The position numbers were made by a program, and so were the translations under genes. A DNA stretch of 39,544 bases, taken from Nemertoderma westbladi (Eukaryota; Animalia; Xenacoelomorpha). Below are positions 1 to 14,682 of the stretch, in pieces; the first letter of the stretch is position 1; every line of letters begins with the position of its first letter. Below the pieces are notes generated by a model. That model ran no database searches. It saw only the letters and a program-made list of their open reading frames with translations, and was not told the origin of the DNA. The stretch spans positions 1 through 39,544 of the forward strand of contig JAUCBJ010007292.1 of the NCBI GenBank assembly GCA_032718475.1, given 5' to 3'.

Positions 1-3000
1 TACATATCGGATGTGCCACGCTACATATCGGATGTGCTACATATCGGATGTGCTACATATCGGATGTGCTACATATTCGGATGTGCTACGATACATATCG
101 GATGTGCTACATATCGGATGTGCTACGATACATATCGGATGTGCTACATATCGGATGTGCTACGATACATATCGGATGTGCTACATATCGGATGTGCTAC
201 ATATCGGATGTGCTACGCTACATATCGGATGTGCTACATATCGGATGTGCTACATATCGGATGTGCTACGATACATATCGGATGTGCTACATATCGGATG
301 TGCTACGATACATATCGGATGTGCTACATATCGGATGTGCTACATATTGGATGTGCTACGCTACATATCGGATGTGCTACATATCGGATGTGCTACATAT
401 CGGATGTGCTACGATACATATCGGATGTGCTACGCTACATATCGGATGTGCTACATATCGGATGTGCTACATATCGGATGTGCTACATATCGGATGTGCT
501 ACATATCGGATGTGCTACGCTACATATCGGATGTGCTACATATCGGATGTGCTACATATCGGATGTGCTACATATCGGATGTGCTACATATCGGATGTGC
601 TACATATCGGATGTGCTACATATCGGATGTGCACGCTACATATCGGATGTGCTACATATCGGATGTGCTACATATCGGATGTGCTACATATTGGATGTGC
701 TACGATACATATCGGATGTGCTACATATCGGATGTGCTACATATGGATGTGCTACATATCGGATGTGCTACATATCGGATGTGCTACATATCGGATGTGC
801 TACGATACATATCGGATGTGCTACATATCGGATGTGCTACATATTGGATGTGCTACATATCGGATGTGCTACATATCGGATGTGCTACGCTACATATCGG
901 ATGTGCTACATATCGGATGTGCTACATATCGGATGTGCTACATATCGGATGTGCTACATATTGGATGTGCTACGATACATATCGGATGTGCTACATATCG
1001 GATGTGCTACGCTACATATCGGATGTGCTACATATCGGATGTGCTACATATCGGATGTGCTACATATCGGATGTGCTACATATCGGATGTGCTACATATC
1101 GGATGTGCTACATATTGGATGTGCTACGATACATATCGGATGTGCTACATATCGGATGTGCTACATATTTGATGTGCTACATATCGGATGTGCTACATAT
1201 CGGATGTGCTACATATCGGATGTGCTACATATCGGATGTGCTACATATCGGATGTGCTACGCTACATATCGGATGTGCCACGCTACATATCGGATGTGCT
1301 ACGATACATATCGGATGTGCTACATATCGGATGTGCTACGCTACATATCGGATGTGCTACATATCGGATGTGCTACATATTGGATGTGCTACGATACATA
1401 TCGGATGTGCTACATATCGGATGTGCTACATATTGGATGTGCTACATATCGGATGTGCTACATATCGGATGTGCTACATATTGGATGTGCTACATATCGG
1501 ATGTGCTACATATCGGATGTGCTACATATTGGATGTGCTACGATACATATCGGATGTGCTACATATCGGATGTGCTACATATTGGATGTGCTACATATCG
1601 GATGTGCTACATATTGGATGTGCTACATATCGGATGTGCTACATATCGGATGTGCTACATATTGGATGTGCTACATATCGGATGTGCTACGCTACATATC
1701 GGATGTGCCACGCTACATATCGGATGTGCTACGATACATATCGGATGTGCTACATATCGGATGTGCTACGCTACATATCGGATGTGCTACATATTGGATG
1801 TGCTACGATACATATCGGATGTGCTACATATCGGATGTGCTACATATTGGATGTGCTACATATCGGATGTGCTACATATCGGATGTGCTACATATTGGAT
1901 GTGCTACATATCGGATGTGCTACATATCGGATGTGCTACGCTACATATTGGATGTGCTACGATACATATCGGATGTGCTACATATCGGATGTGCTACATA
2001 TTGGATGTGCTACGATACATATCGGATGTGCTACATATCGGATGTGCTACATATCGGATGTGCTACATATCGGATGTGCTACATATCGGATGTGCTACAT
2101 ATTGGATGTGCTACGATACATATCGGATGTGCTACATATCGGATGTGCTACATATCGGATGTGCTACATATCGGATGTGCTACATATCGGATGTGCTACA
2201 TATCGGATGTGCTACATATCGGATGTGCTACATATCGGATGTGCTACATATTGGATGTGCTACGATACATATCGGATGTGCTACATATCGGATGTGCTAC
2301 ATATTGGATGTGCTACATATCGGATGTGCTACATATCGGATGTGCTACATATCGGATGTGCTACATATCGGATGTGCTACATATTGGATGTGCTACATAT
2401 CGGATGTGCTACATATCGGATGTGCTACATATCGGATGTGCTACGCTACATATCGGATGTGCTACATATCGGATGTGCTACATATCGGATGTGCTACATA
2501 TCGGATGTGCTACGCTACATATTGGATGTGCTACGTTACATATCGGATGTGCTACATATCGGATGTGCTACATATTGGATGTGCTACATATCGGATGTGC
2601 TACATATCGGATGTGCTACATATCGGATGTGCTACATATCGGATGTGCTACGCTACATATCGGATGTGCTACATATCGGATGTGCTACATATCGGATGTG
2701 CTACATATCGGATGTGCTACATATCGGATGTGCTACATATTGGATGTGCTACATATCGGATGTGCTACATATCGGATGTGCTACATATCGGATGTGCTAC
2801 ATATCGGATGTGCTACATATCGGATGTGCTACATATCGGATGTGCTACATCGCGGATGTGCTACATATCGGATGTGCTACATATTGGATGTGCTACATAT
2901 CGGATGTGCTACATATCGGATGTGCTACATATCGGATGTGCTACATATCGGATGTGCTACATATCGGATGTGCTACATATCGGATGTGCACGCTACATAT

Positions 3001-6000
3001 CGGATGTGCTACATATCGGATGTGCTACATATCGGATGTGCTACATATCGGATGTGCTACATATCGGATGTGCTACATATCGGATGTGCTACATATCGGA
3101 TGTGCTCGTACATATCGGATGTGCTACGCTACATATCGGATGTGCTACATATCGGATGTGCTACGCTACATATCGGATGTGCTACATATCGGATGTGCTA
3201 CATATCGGATGTGCTACATATCGGATGTGCTACATATCGGATGTGCTACGCTACATATCGGATGTGCTACATATCGGATGTGCTACATATCGGATGTGCT
3301 ACATATCGGATGTGCTACATATCGGATGTGCTACATATCGGATGTGCTACATATCGGATGTGCTACATATCGGATGTGCTACGCTACATATCGGATGTGC
3401 TACATATCGGATGTGCTACGCTACATATCGGATGTGCTACATATCGGATGTGCTACATATCGGATGTGCTACATATCGGATGTGCTACATATCGGATGTG
3501 CTACGCTACATATCGGATGTGCTACATATCGGATGTGCTACATATCGGATGTGCTACATATCGGATGTGCTACATATCGGATGTGCTACATATCGGATGT
3601 GCTACATATCGGATGTGCTACGCTACATATCGGATGTGCTACATATCGGATGTGCTACATATCGGATGTGCTACATATCGGATGTGCTACATATCGGATG
3701 TGCTACGCTACATATCGGATGTGCTACATATCGGATGTGCTACATATCGGATGTGCTACATATCGGATGTGCTACATATCGGATGTGCTACGCTACATAT
3801 CGGATGTGCTACATATCGGATGTGCTACATATCGGATGTGCTACATATCGGATGTGCTACATATCGGATGTGCTACATATCGGATGTGCTACATATCGGA
3901 TGTGCACGCTACATATCGGATGTGCTACATATCGGATGTGCTACATATCGGATGTGCTACATATCGGATGTGCTACGATACATATCGGATGTGCTACATA
4001 TCGGATGTGCTACATATCGGATGTGCTACATATCGGATGTGCTACATATCGGATGTGCTACATATCGGATGTGCTACGATACATATCGGATGTGCTACAT
4101 ATCGGATGTGCTACATATTGGATGTGCTACATATCGGATGTGCTACATATCGGATGTGCTACGCTACATATCGGATGTGCTACATATCGGATGTGCTACA
4201 TATCGGATGTGCTACATATCGGATGTGCTACATATCGGATGTGCTACGATACATATCGGATGTGCTACATATCGGATGTGCTACGCTACATATCGGATGT
4301 GCTACATATCGGATGTGCTACATATCGGATGTGCTACATATCGGATGTGCTACATATCGGATGTGCTACATATCGGATGTGCTACATATTGGATGTGCTA
4401 CGATACATATCGGATGTGCTACATATCGGATGTGCTACATATCGGATGTGCTACATATCGGATGTGCTACATATCGGATGTGCTACATATCGGATGTGCT
4501 ACATATCGGATGTGCTACATATCGGATGTGCTACGCTACATATCGGATGTGCACGCTACATATCGGATGTGCTACGATACATATCGGATGTGCTACATAT
4601 CGGATGTGCTACGCTACATATCGGATGTGCTACATATCGGATGTGCTACATATTGGATGTGCTACGATACATATCGGATGTGCTACATATCGGATGTGCT
4701 ACATATTGGATGTGCTACATATCGGATGTGCTACATATCGGATGTGCTACATATTGGATGTGCTACATATCGGATGTGCTACATATCGGATGTGCTACAT
4801 ATTGGATGTGCTACGATACATATCGGATGTGCTACATATCGGATGTGCTACATATTGGATGTGCTACATATCGGATGTGCTACATATCGGATGTGCTACA
4901 TATTGGATGTGCTACATATCGGATGTGCTACATATCGGATGTGCTACATATTGGATGTGCTACGATACATATCGGATGTGCTACATATCGGATGTGCTAC
5001 ATATTGGATGTGCTACATATCGGATGTGCTACATATCGGATGTGCTACATATCGGATGTGCTACGCTACATATCGGATGTGCTACATATTGGATGTGCTA
5101 CATATCGGATGTGCTACATATCGGATGTGCTACATATCGGATGTGCTACGCTACATATCGGATGTGCCACGCTACATATCGGATGTGCTACATATCGGAT
5201 GTGCTACATATCGGATGTGCTACATATCGGATGTGCTACATATTGGATGTGCTACATATCGGATGTGCTACATATCGGATGTGCTACATATCGGATGTGC
5301 TACATATCGGATGTGCTACATATTGGATGTGCTACATATCGGATGTGCTACATATCGGATGTGCTACATATCGGATGTGCTACATATCGGATGTGCTACA
5401 TATCGGATGTGCTACATATTGGATGTGCTACATATCGGATGTGCTACGCTACATATCGGATGTGCACGCTACATATCGGATGTGCTACATATCGGATGTG
5501 CTACATATCGGATGTGCTACATATCGGATGTGCTACATATCGGATGTGCTACATATCGGATGTGCTACATATTGGATGTGCTACATATCGGATGTGCTAC
5601 GCTACATATCGGATGTGCCACGCTACATATCGGATGTGCTACGATACATATCGGATGTGCTACATATCGGATGTGCTACGATACATATCGGATGTGCTAC
5701 ATATCGGATGTGCTACGCTACATATCGGATGTGCTACATATCGGATGTGCTACATATTGGATGTGCTACGATACATATCGGATGTGCTACATATCGGATG
5801 TGCTACATATCGGATGTGCCACGCTACATATCGGATGTGCTACGATACATATCGGATGTGCTACATATCGGATGTGCTACGCTACATATCGGATGTGCTA
5901 CATATCGGATGTGCTACATATTGGATGTGCTACGATACATATCGGATGTGCTACATATCGGATGTGCTACATATTGGATGTGCTACATATCGGATGTGCT

Positions 6001-9000
6001 ACATATCGGATGTGCTACATATTGGATGTGCTACATATCGGATGTGCTACATATCGGATGTGCTACATATTGGATGTGCTACGATACATATCGGATGTGC
6101 TACATATCGGATGTGCTACATATTGGATGTGCTACATATCGGATGTGCTACATATCGGATGTGCTACATATTGGATGTGCTACATATCGGATGTGCTACG
6201 CTACATATCGGATGTGCTACGCTACATATCGGATGTGCTACGATACATATCGGATGTGCTACATATCGGATGTGCTACATATTGGATGTGCTACGATACA
6301 TATCGGATGTGCTACATATCGGATGTGCTACATATCGGATGTGCTACATATCGGATGTGCTACATATCGGATGTGCTACATATCGGATGTGCTACATATC
6401 GGATGTGCTACATATCGGATGTGCTACATATCGGATGTGCTACGATACATATCGGATGTGCTACATATCGGATGTGCTACATATTGGATGTGCTACGATA
6501 CATATCGGATGTGCTACATATCGGATGTGCTACATATTGGATGTGCTACATATCGGATGTGCTACATATCGGATGTGCTACATATTGGATGTGCTACGAT
6601 ACATATCGGATGTGCCACGCTACATATCGGATGTGCTACGATACATATCGGATGTGCTACATATCGGATGTGCTACGCTACATATCGGATGTGCTACATA
6701 TCGGATGTGCTACATATCGGATGTGCTACATATTGGATGTGCTACGATACATATCGGATGTGCTACATATCGGATGTGCTACATATTGGATGTGCTACAT
6801 ATCGGATGTGCTACATATCGGATGTGCTACATATCGGATGTGCTACATATCGGATGTGCTACATATTGGATGTGCTACATATCGGATGTGCTACATATCG
6901 GATGTGCTACGCTACATATCGGATGTGCTACATATTGGATGTGCTACATATCGGATGTGCTACGCTACATATCGGATGTGCCACGCTACATATCGGATGT
7001 GCTACGATACATATCGGATGTGCTACATATCGGATGTGCTACGCTACATATCGGATGTGCTACATATCGGATGTGCTACATATCGGATGTGCTACATATT
7101 GGATGTGCTACGATACATATCGGATGTGCTACATATCGGATGTGCTACATATTGGATGTGCTACATATCGGATGTGCTACATATCGGATGTGCTACATAT
7201 CGGATGTGCTACATATCGGATGTGCTACATATTGGATGTGCTACATATCGGATGTGCTACATATCGGATGTGCTACGCTACATATCGGATGTGCTACGCT
7301 ACATATCGGATGTGCTACATATCGGATGTGCTACGCTACATATCGGATGTGCTACATATCGGATGTGCTACATATCGGATGTGCTACATATTGGATGTGC
7401 TACATATCGGATGTGCTACATATCGGATGTGCTACATATTGGATGTGCTACGATACATATCGGATGTGCTACATATCGGATGTGCTACATATCGGATGTG
7501 CTACATATCGGATGTGCTACATATCGGATGTGCTACATATTGGATGTGCTACGATACATATCGGATGTGCTACATATCGGATGTGCTACATATCGGATGT
7601 GCTACGATACATATCGGATGTGCTACATATCGGATGTGCTACGCTACATATCGGATGTGCTACATATCGGATGTGCTACATATCGGATGTGCTACATATC
7701 GGATGTGCTACGATACATATCGGATGTGCTACATATCGGATGTGCTACATATCGGATGTGCTACATATCGGATGTGCTACATATCAGATGTGCTACATAT
7801 CGGATGTGCTACATATTGGATGTGCTACGATACATATCGGATGTGCTACATATCGGATGTGCTACATATCGGATGTGCTACATATCGGATGTGCTACATA
7901 TCGGATGTGCTACATATCGGATGTGCTACATATCGGATGTGCTACATATCGGATGTGCTACATATCGGATGTGCTACATATTGGATGTGCTACGATACAT
8001 ATCGGATGTGCTACATATCGGATGTGCTACATATTGGATGTGCTACATATCGGATGTGCTACATATCGGATGTGCTACGCTACATATTGGATGTGCTACG
8101 ATACATATCGGATGTGCTACATATCGGATGTGCTACATATCGGATGTGCTACATATCGGATGTGCTACGCTACATATTGGATGTGCTACGATACATATCG
8201 GATGTGCTACATATTGGATGTGCTACATATCGGATGTGCTACATATCGGATGTGCTACGCTACATATTGGATGTGCTACGCTACATATCGGATGTGCTAC
8301 ATGTCGGATGTGCTACATATCGGATGTGCTACATATCGGATGTGCTACGCTACATATTGGATGTGCTACGATACATATCGGATGTGCTACATATTGGATG
8401 TGCTACATATCGGATGTGCTACATATCGGATGTGCTACATATTGCATGTGCTACATATTGGATGTGCTACGATACATATCGGATGTGCTACGCTACCTAT
8501 CGGATGTGCTACGCTACATATCGGATGTGCTACGCTACATATCGGATGTGCTACGCTACATATCGGATGTGCTACATATTGGATGTGCTACGATACATAT
8601 CGGATGTGCTACATATCGGATGTGCTACATATTGGATGTGCTACATATCGGATGTGCTACATATCGGATGTGCTACATATTGGATGTGCTACATATCGGA
8701 TGTGCTACATATCGGATGTGCTACGCTACCTATCGGATGTGCTACATATCGGATGTGCTACATATCGGATGTGCTACATATCGGATGTGCTACATATCGG
8801 ATGTGCTACGCTACGTATCGGATGTGCTACATATCGGATGTGCTACGCTACATATCGGATGTGCTACATATTGCATGTGCTACATATTGGATGTGCTACG
8901 ATACATATCGGATGTGCTACGCTACCTATCGGATGTGCTACGCTACATATCGGATGTGCTACGCTACATATCGGATGTGCTACGCTACATATCGGATGTG

Positions 9001-10437
9001 CTACATATTGGATGTGCTACGATACATATCGGATGTGCTACATATCGGATGTGCTACATATCGGATGTGCTACATCGCGGATGTGCTACATATCGGATGT
9101 GCTACGCTACATATCGGATGTGCTACATATCGGATGTGCTACGCTACATATCGGATGTGCTACATATTGCATGTGCTACATATTGGATGTGCTACGATAC
9201 ATATCGGATGTGCTACATATCGGATGTGCTACATATCGGATGTGCTACATATCGGATGTGCTACATATCGGATGTGCTACGCTACATATCGGATGTGCTA
9301 CATATCGGATGTGCTACGCTACATATCGGATGTGCTACATATTGCATGTGCTACATATTGGATGTGCTACGATACATATCGGATGTGCTACGCTACCTAT
9401 CGGATGTGCTACGCTACATATCGGATGTGCTACGCTACATATCGGATGTGCTACGCTACATATCGGATGTGCTACATATTGGATGTGCTACGATACATAT
9501 CGGATGTGCTACATATCGGATGTGCTACATATCGGATGTGCTACGCTACCTATCGGATGTGCTACATATCGGATGTGCTACATATCGGATGTGCTACATA
9601 TCGGATGTGCTACATATCGGATGTGCTACGCTACATATCGGATGTGCTACGCTACATATCGGATGTGCTACGCTACATATCGGATGTGCTACATATCGGA
9701 TGTGCTACATATCGGATGTGCTACGCTACATATCGGATGTGCTACATATCGGATGTGCTACATATCGGATGTGCTACATATCGGATGTGCTACGCTACAT
9801 ATCGGATGTGCTACGCTACATATCGGATGTGCTACATATCGGATGTGCTACATATCGGATGTGCTACGATACATATCGGATGTGCTACATATCGGATGTG
9901 CTACATATCGGATGTGCTACATATTGGATGTGCTACGATACATATCGGATGTGCTACCTATCGGATGTGCTACATATAGGATGTGCTACATATCGGATGT
10001 GCTACATATCGGATGTGCTACATATCGGATGTGCTACATATCGGATGTGCTACATATCGGATGTGCTACATCGCGGATGTGCTACATATCGGATGTGCTA
10101 CGCTACCTATCGGATGTGCTACGCTACATATCGGATGTGCTACGCTACATATCGGATGTGCTACGCTACATATCGGATGTGCTACATATCGGATGTGCTA
10201 CATATCGGATGTGCTACGCTACATATCGGATGTGCTACGCTACATATCGGATGTGCTACATATCGGATGTGCTACATATCGGATGTGCTACATATCGGAT
10301 GTGCTACATATCGGATGTGCTACATCGCGGATGTGCTACATATCGGATGTGCTACATCGGATGTGATACATATCGGATGTGCTACGCTTCATATCGGATG
10401 TGCTACATATCGGATGTGCTACATATCGGATGGTGCT
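1..10437. repeat. Satellite array, 16-bp monomer TACATATCGGATGTGC with 21-bp (+GCTAC or +GATAC), 20-bp and TTGG variants; runs off the left edge
   Basis: Uninterrupted head-to-tail repeats are directly visible, ending at ...CGGATGGTGCT immediately before the LTR terminal TG. Confidence 0.99.
10433..10437. other. Target-site duplication GTGCT, left copy (right copy 22267-22271)
   Basis: The same 5-mer flanks both outer LTR ends and is part of the satellite monomer; 5-bp TSDs are typical of BEL/Pao. Confidence 0.9.
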
Positions 10438-11662
10438 TGTTCGCGCTTTCAGACTTTTGGCAGTTTAACCCACCAAATTAAGATGTCTTCTAGATATTAA
10501 ATCAGTTTTTAGTCTATGACAAGTATTTGATTCACTACACTAGTCGAAACCAATCCGTGCGCGACCATTCACCCGCTGGAGATTCCCGGGAGATTGGGTT
10601 CGACGGTTTAATTTTATTGCTATGTAAGCCTAATGTATTATTCGACTGACAGTATTATATAATCTCTGACAATATTATTCACCTTCGGGAATATTAACAG
10701 TTCCTTTAGGACGTGGCGCTTTATCTATATAAACAGAGTTATGACTTAAACTACTCACAACGATATGGCTTAATTATAATTCACATATATGGCGCATTCT
10801 TTAGGAATTGCTTCTTTAACAGACTCACTCATACACAATGCTGCACAATACTGCACACTAATCTGCCAATCTTCACTGATTTTAGTCACATATAAAAGGA
10901 ACACAGGCTGACTCATGTAGGGTCTATCAAATAACATTAGATTCACTTCAAACCACTTTAACATAAGTCACAATCGTTATTGGTAACCTTTCTCTCTTAC
11001 CTTCGGTATATCAAGAATATTGGGTTGCGGGGTTATTTATCGTTATTCCAAATATAATAATTCATCAACCATATTATGAAGAACTGACAGCAAATAACAG
11101 TATAAAACAACAACTGAACACTGATTGTTACGAGTTTGCAATGTTTCAGCAGTCAGGATGTATGATCAGTTAGCAGTAGTCTTTAGGTATGCCGATATGT
11201 CAGGTCAGTTAAAGGATATATGTCCTTATAATTAAACCTACTAGTGTAAAACTAAAAACTGAAAACACGGAGGTGCCAAAAGCCGGTTCTTAGGCTCTGG
11301 GCAAAAACATAACACTGAACTACTGAGTTTCTGTATATACCTCCAACACAGAGACAACAAACGCTCTGATTGGTCAACCTGAACAACGAGAGAACAGAGA
11401 AACAAAGAAATGTCGACGTGGCAATATCAGCTGCTAGCCGTCGTCATGGTAGCGACACTGTTTTCAAGAGTATCGAGCTTTTACGTCACGGAATTACGGA
11501 TTATGTCCTCTAAAGTACAAATACAGAAGAAATAGCTTTTATGTCCGCTAAAACACCAGTACAGCAAGGACACGGCCTTTTTATGCCTGGTAAACCAACT
11601 ACAGAGTACTTTACGGGAAAAATAAGGAAAAATAACCGGACAATTCAGCAAAAGCTTTTACA
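10438..11662 (-). repeat. 3' LTR of element A
   Basis: TGTTCGCGC...AAAAGCTTTTACA; matches 21042-22266 at offset 10604 with two substitutions (11042/21646 and 11411/22015). Confidence 0.97.
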
Positions 11663-11670
11663 CCGCTCCC
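11663..11670 (-). promoter_or_regulatory. Polypurine tract (GGGAGCGG) abutting the 3' LTR
   Basis: Minus strand reads ...TTTTCTGGGAGCGG|TGTAAAAGC; short G-rich tract at the expected position. Confidence 0.7.
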
Positions 11671-11740
11671 AGAAAATGGGATTTTCAGTCTATAAAATAT
11701 AAAAATCACAGTTTCTAAAACATAAAGATACTCTGAACAG

Positions 11741-13050
11741 TTAGTCTTTCTTACGCAGACGGCGTTTACGCAGTTTTTTGAGGCTAGCAAGAGTCTTTTT
11801 CTCTTTGGGGGGAGCCACTTTACTAGGAGGGCCATAACTCCTGGGTGAAGGGTGCAATATGATTGCATCAGAAGGTGTAGGATTGTGGTCGAGGTATCTG
11901 CCGTTTCGATATGCTTCTCCTCGAGCTGATTTTCCTCCGCTCGTAGCTGGATACGTTCATCCAAAAACTCTCGCAGAGAATAGGATCGTCCAAGTTCGAT
12001 AACTTCTTAGAGATTCTGGATTTCCCAATCGAATTGAGATAAGGCCAATTCGTTCATCGATTGGACTTACTGTTATAACTTACGTTTATCTGAACAAACG
12101 CAGGTTTCCCTTTTGATCTTTATAGAATAGCGTTTAACTCGTTTCGTACAACGCTCTCCTTCACCTTGATGAGGGGTTGTATCGCGTTAAACGGGGACGA
12201 CCATACGGTTGGATAGTGATATTAGGTGTCCGCGTCACAATCCGGCTAGGTAAGATGGGCGGCTAGCTAGAAATCACTGTCGGAGTGTTACCGATTAATT
12301 GTTAGGGTAGCACTAGATCTTTGAACAGTGAATACAGTCCGCGAGGATCCGCGACACCACCAGGATCGCAGGTCTGAGGTCCAACTAAGGAATGAGGAGG
12401 TTTGACCGAGTATTCCGGGACTCTGATCGTAGGTTTACTCCAGGATCGTTCGAGCCGAGTGAGCATAGGTGATACGTCAACAAGTTTCGGTTTACGTGGA
12501 TGTTTATGTCTTTCCGTTTATTAGTTGGGTCTAGAGCGTTTATCGTAATAATACCAAAGACGCACGTTTGGTAGGGTAAACGCGGGTGATATTTGTTTGT
12601 TGTTACAATGCTTCTATCAAGAATTCCAAATATACGTTGGAGTTACCGCGTCCATTTGTTTCTTTAGTGTCTTTTCTTTCGAGTCGATTTCGAATAGAAT
12701 TTTCGCATTCGAATTTCAGTTTATGGTTCCGACTCCGCTGGGCAGGATATATAGTCGACATAGTCCGTATTGTGTAAATCGATAGGATGACCAGTAGTTA
12801 AGAAGCCCATATACGTACCATTACGCTGCGTATATCGAGCAGCGAATTTTCTATAGTCCAACTCACACGTGAGCTGCTCTTGGGACATTGGCGGTTCGAT
12901 ATAACGACCATCGTCCTCCGCAGCAGTTGGACTAACGTCGCCGCGTATTAAGCTATCAACAAATGCTTGTAAAAGTAGAGTATATCGCTCCCCGATACCA
13001 AGACCATCTTCTATCAACTCCGTCATATCTGCTATATGAGTTTATCCATA
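11741..13050 (-). pseudogene. Possible decayed accessory ORF(s) between pol remnant and 3' LTR
   Basis: More GC-rich than adjacent 13300-14680; minus-strand open stretches (12721-13026; MNELALSQFDWEIQNL*EVIELGRSYSLREFLDERIQL...; second frame ending ...LASLKKLRKRRLRKKD* at 11741) broken by stops and frameshifts. No recognisable family. Confidence 0.4.
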
Positions 13051-13860
13051 TTATAATGAGTCCACATTTAGGCGAGCGGGCGTCGCTGCCTACCCCAATC
13101 AACCCCCGGACAGTACGAGATCCTCAGCGCCGATGTGTCGTCGCCGCTGTACTTTCGCCAACGACGTAGCCGCACAACGACAACGACAACCGGCACAAGT
13201 CACTCGACTGTCCGTCCCAAAGGCTTAGATGTACTTCAGGTTTTCCTTGGAGAGTTAGGTTACTTTCACGATTGCGACTAGCTACTGTAAACACACCTTA
13301 GTAGTAACATTCGCCTATAAACTCACAAATACCACACACACAACTTGTCACAAATTACACACACTCGGGTCACTTGTCCGTTAGTCAATGCCTTCCAGAA
13401 TGTCACTGTATTATTATGTATCCTTGGATACTAGTAGTGCGCTATTTATTCCCTATGCTATTCAATGGGACAAGCTTTCTATTGTTCTTTTAACTCAATT
13501 CTAATTCTAGCGTGGTTGTTGCTATGGTGACATTATGCAAAGCTAGCGGTAGAATTAGGGTGATTCCAATGCATACAGATCTGGGATGTTATTTAATAGT
13601 ATTCTTTAATAGTCAATGTTCTGTTTTATACATGACTTTATGAATTTTATCGGCTATTGACTATGTTTGGGAGACTTTCGCACACTCATATGCATAATAA
13701 GATAAATCTCCGCTCCCTTGATCTATTAATTAATGGAATTTTGGGAACTTTATAAATTGCGTAAAAATGGCAATTTATTAAATTCATTAAAAGGCATGAA
13801 TTTAAATTTATTCCCTGAAATTTTATTATTTGATAATTAAATGGACATATTTTGATTCTA

Positions 13861-14140
13861 GAACATGTCTAGGGACACAAGATCCTTAATTCTATGACAA
13901 TTGTCTTTTTTAAGAATATCGGTAAATGCTACGATATCTTAATTGACTAGAATTGTTGGAGGATCTGAATTTTACAGATTTTGATTTATTAGATTTGCAA
14001 ATATTAAATAATTAATATTTGAGATGGGCACCGATTTATTCCAGAACTTGTCTGGGGACGTTAACCACTGATTCTAGAATTTGTCTTTCAAGTATATCGG
14101 TGGGTGCCGCGATATCTTAATCGACTAGAATTACAGATGG
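13861..14140. repeat. Diverged direct duplication (about 180-bp period) containing an ATATCG-N10-CGATAT hairpin in each copy
   Basis: GAACATGTCTAGGGAC...ATATCGGTAAATGCTACGATATCTTAATTGACTAGAATT versus GAACTTGTCTGGGGAC...ATATCGGTGGGTGCCGCGATATCTTAATCGACTAGAATT. Confidence 0.75.
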
Positions 14141-14682
14141 TCAAAGGGTTTAACAGATTTATTTTGCGTTATACGCTACTGTTAAAGGGACATCACGCTA
14201 CTATATGTATTATTTAATATACGGTATGAGAGCAATATCGCACGAAGCAATGTCAGTGTGAAGAGGCAAGTCGTTTCCAAGGTCTACCCAGAGCTTGGTT
14301 TAGCCGAGACACGAGGATCTGAACTTTGCATTCCTAATACTCTGCCTACCAATAATACTTAAATATAGTAGTGGCTTTATTGTACTTTAATAAGTACGGA
14401 CATTTCATCTTACTGTAGTCACGTATTTATAATATGATACGGAGAGTAAGGAAAGAGGAAAAGAATTATTTCTTGCCGTCGCATTAAATATAATATATAC
14501 GTAATTAAGTAATAAACGCGAATATATATTGCACTAATCTACTAAATAATCGCTAAAATAACATTCTACTGAATAAAATTAAAGAAAACGATTATAATAA
14601 AATTACATAGTAATACATACATAAATATAAAAATAATAAAATAATATAAAATAATAGAGTCACACACCCACTCCATATGTTG

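Noticed and set aside
1-10437. CRISPR array
   Set aside because: No unique spacers, no cas genes, and eukaryotic retroelement context.
1-10437. Resemblance of CGGATGT to Candida-type long telomeric repeats
   Set aside because: Only a short core matches; there is no G-rich strand; related arrays are interstitial; BEL/Pao and the FReD exon indicate a metazoan. A terminal location cannot be excluded from this window alone.
11-10500. Giant 3000+ aa ORFs in all three + frames (also 22145-25123 and 30920-31652)
   Set aside because: The monomer has no stop codon on the + strand, so all frames give the same periodic peptide (YRMCYISDVLHIGCAT); frame-shifting 5-bp insertions are tolerated freely. 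Satellite artefact.
10891-10897. Plus-strand TATAAAA suggesting the element is + oriented
   Set aside because: Gag, PPT and PBS-position evidence all indicate minus orientation. An antisense promoter is possible but unsupported.
10713-10964. Small ORFs duplicated at 21317-21568
   Set aside because: They are duplicated only because they lie in the LTRs; no protein features, and the homologous part of LTR B yields no corresponding ORFs.
11192-11200. 9-bp match of the LTR (minus strand ACATATCGG) to the satellite
   Set aside because: Too short to be significant and not conserved in LTR B.
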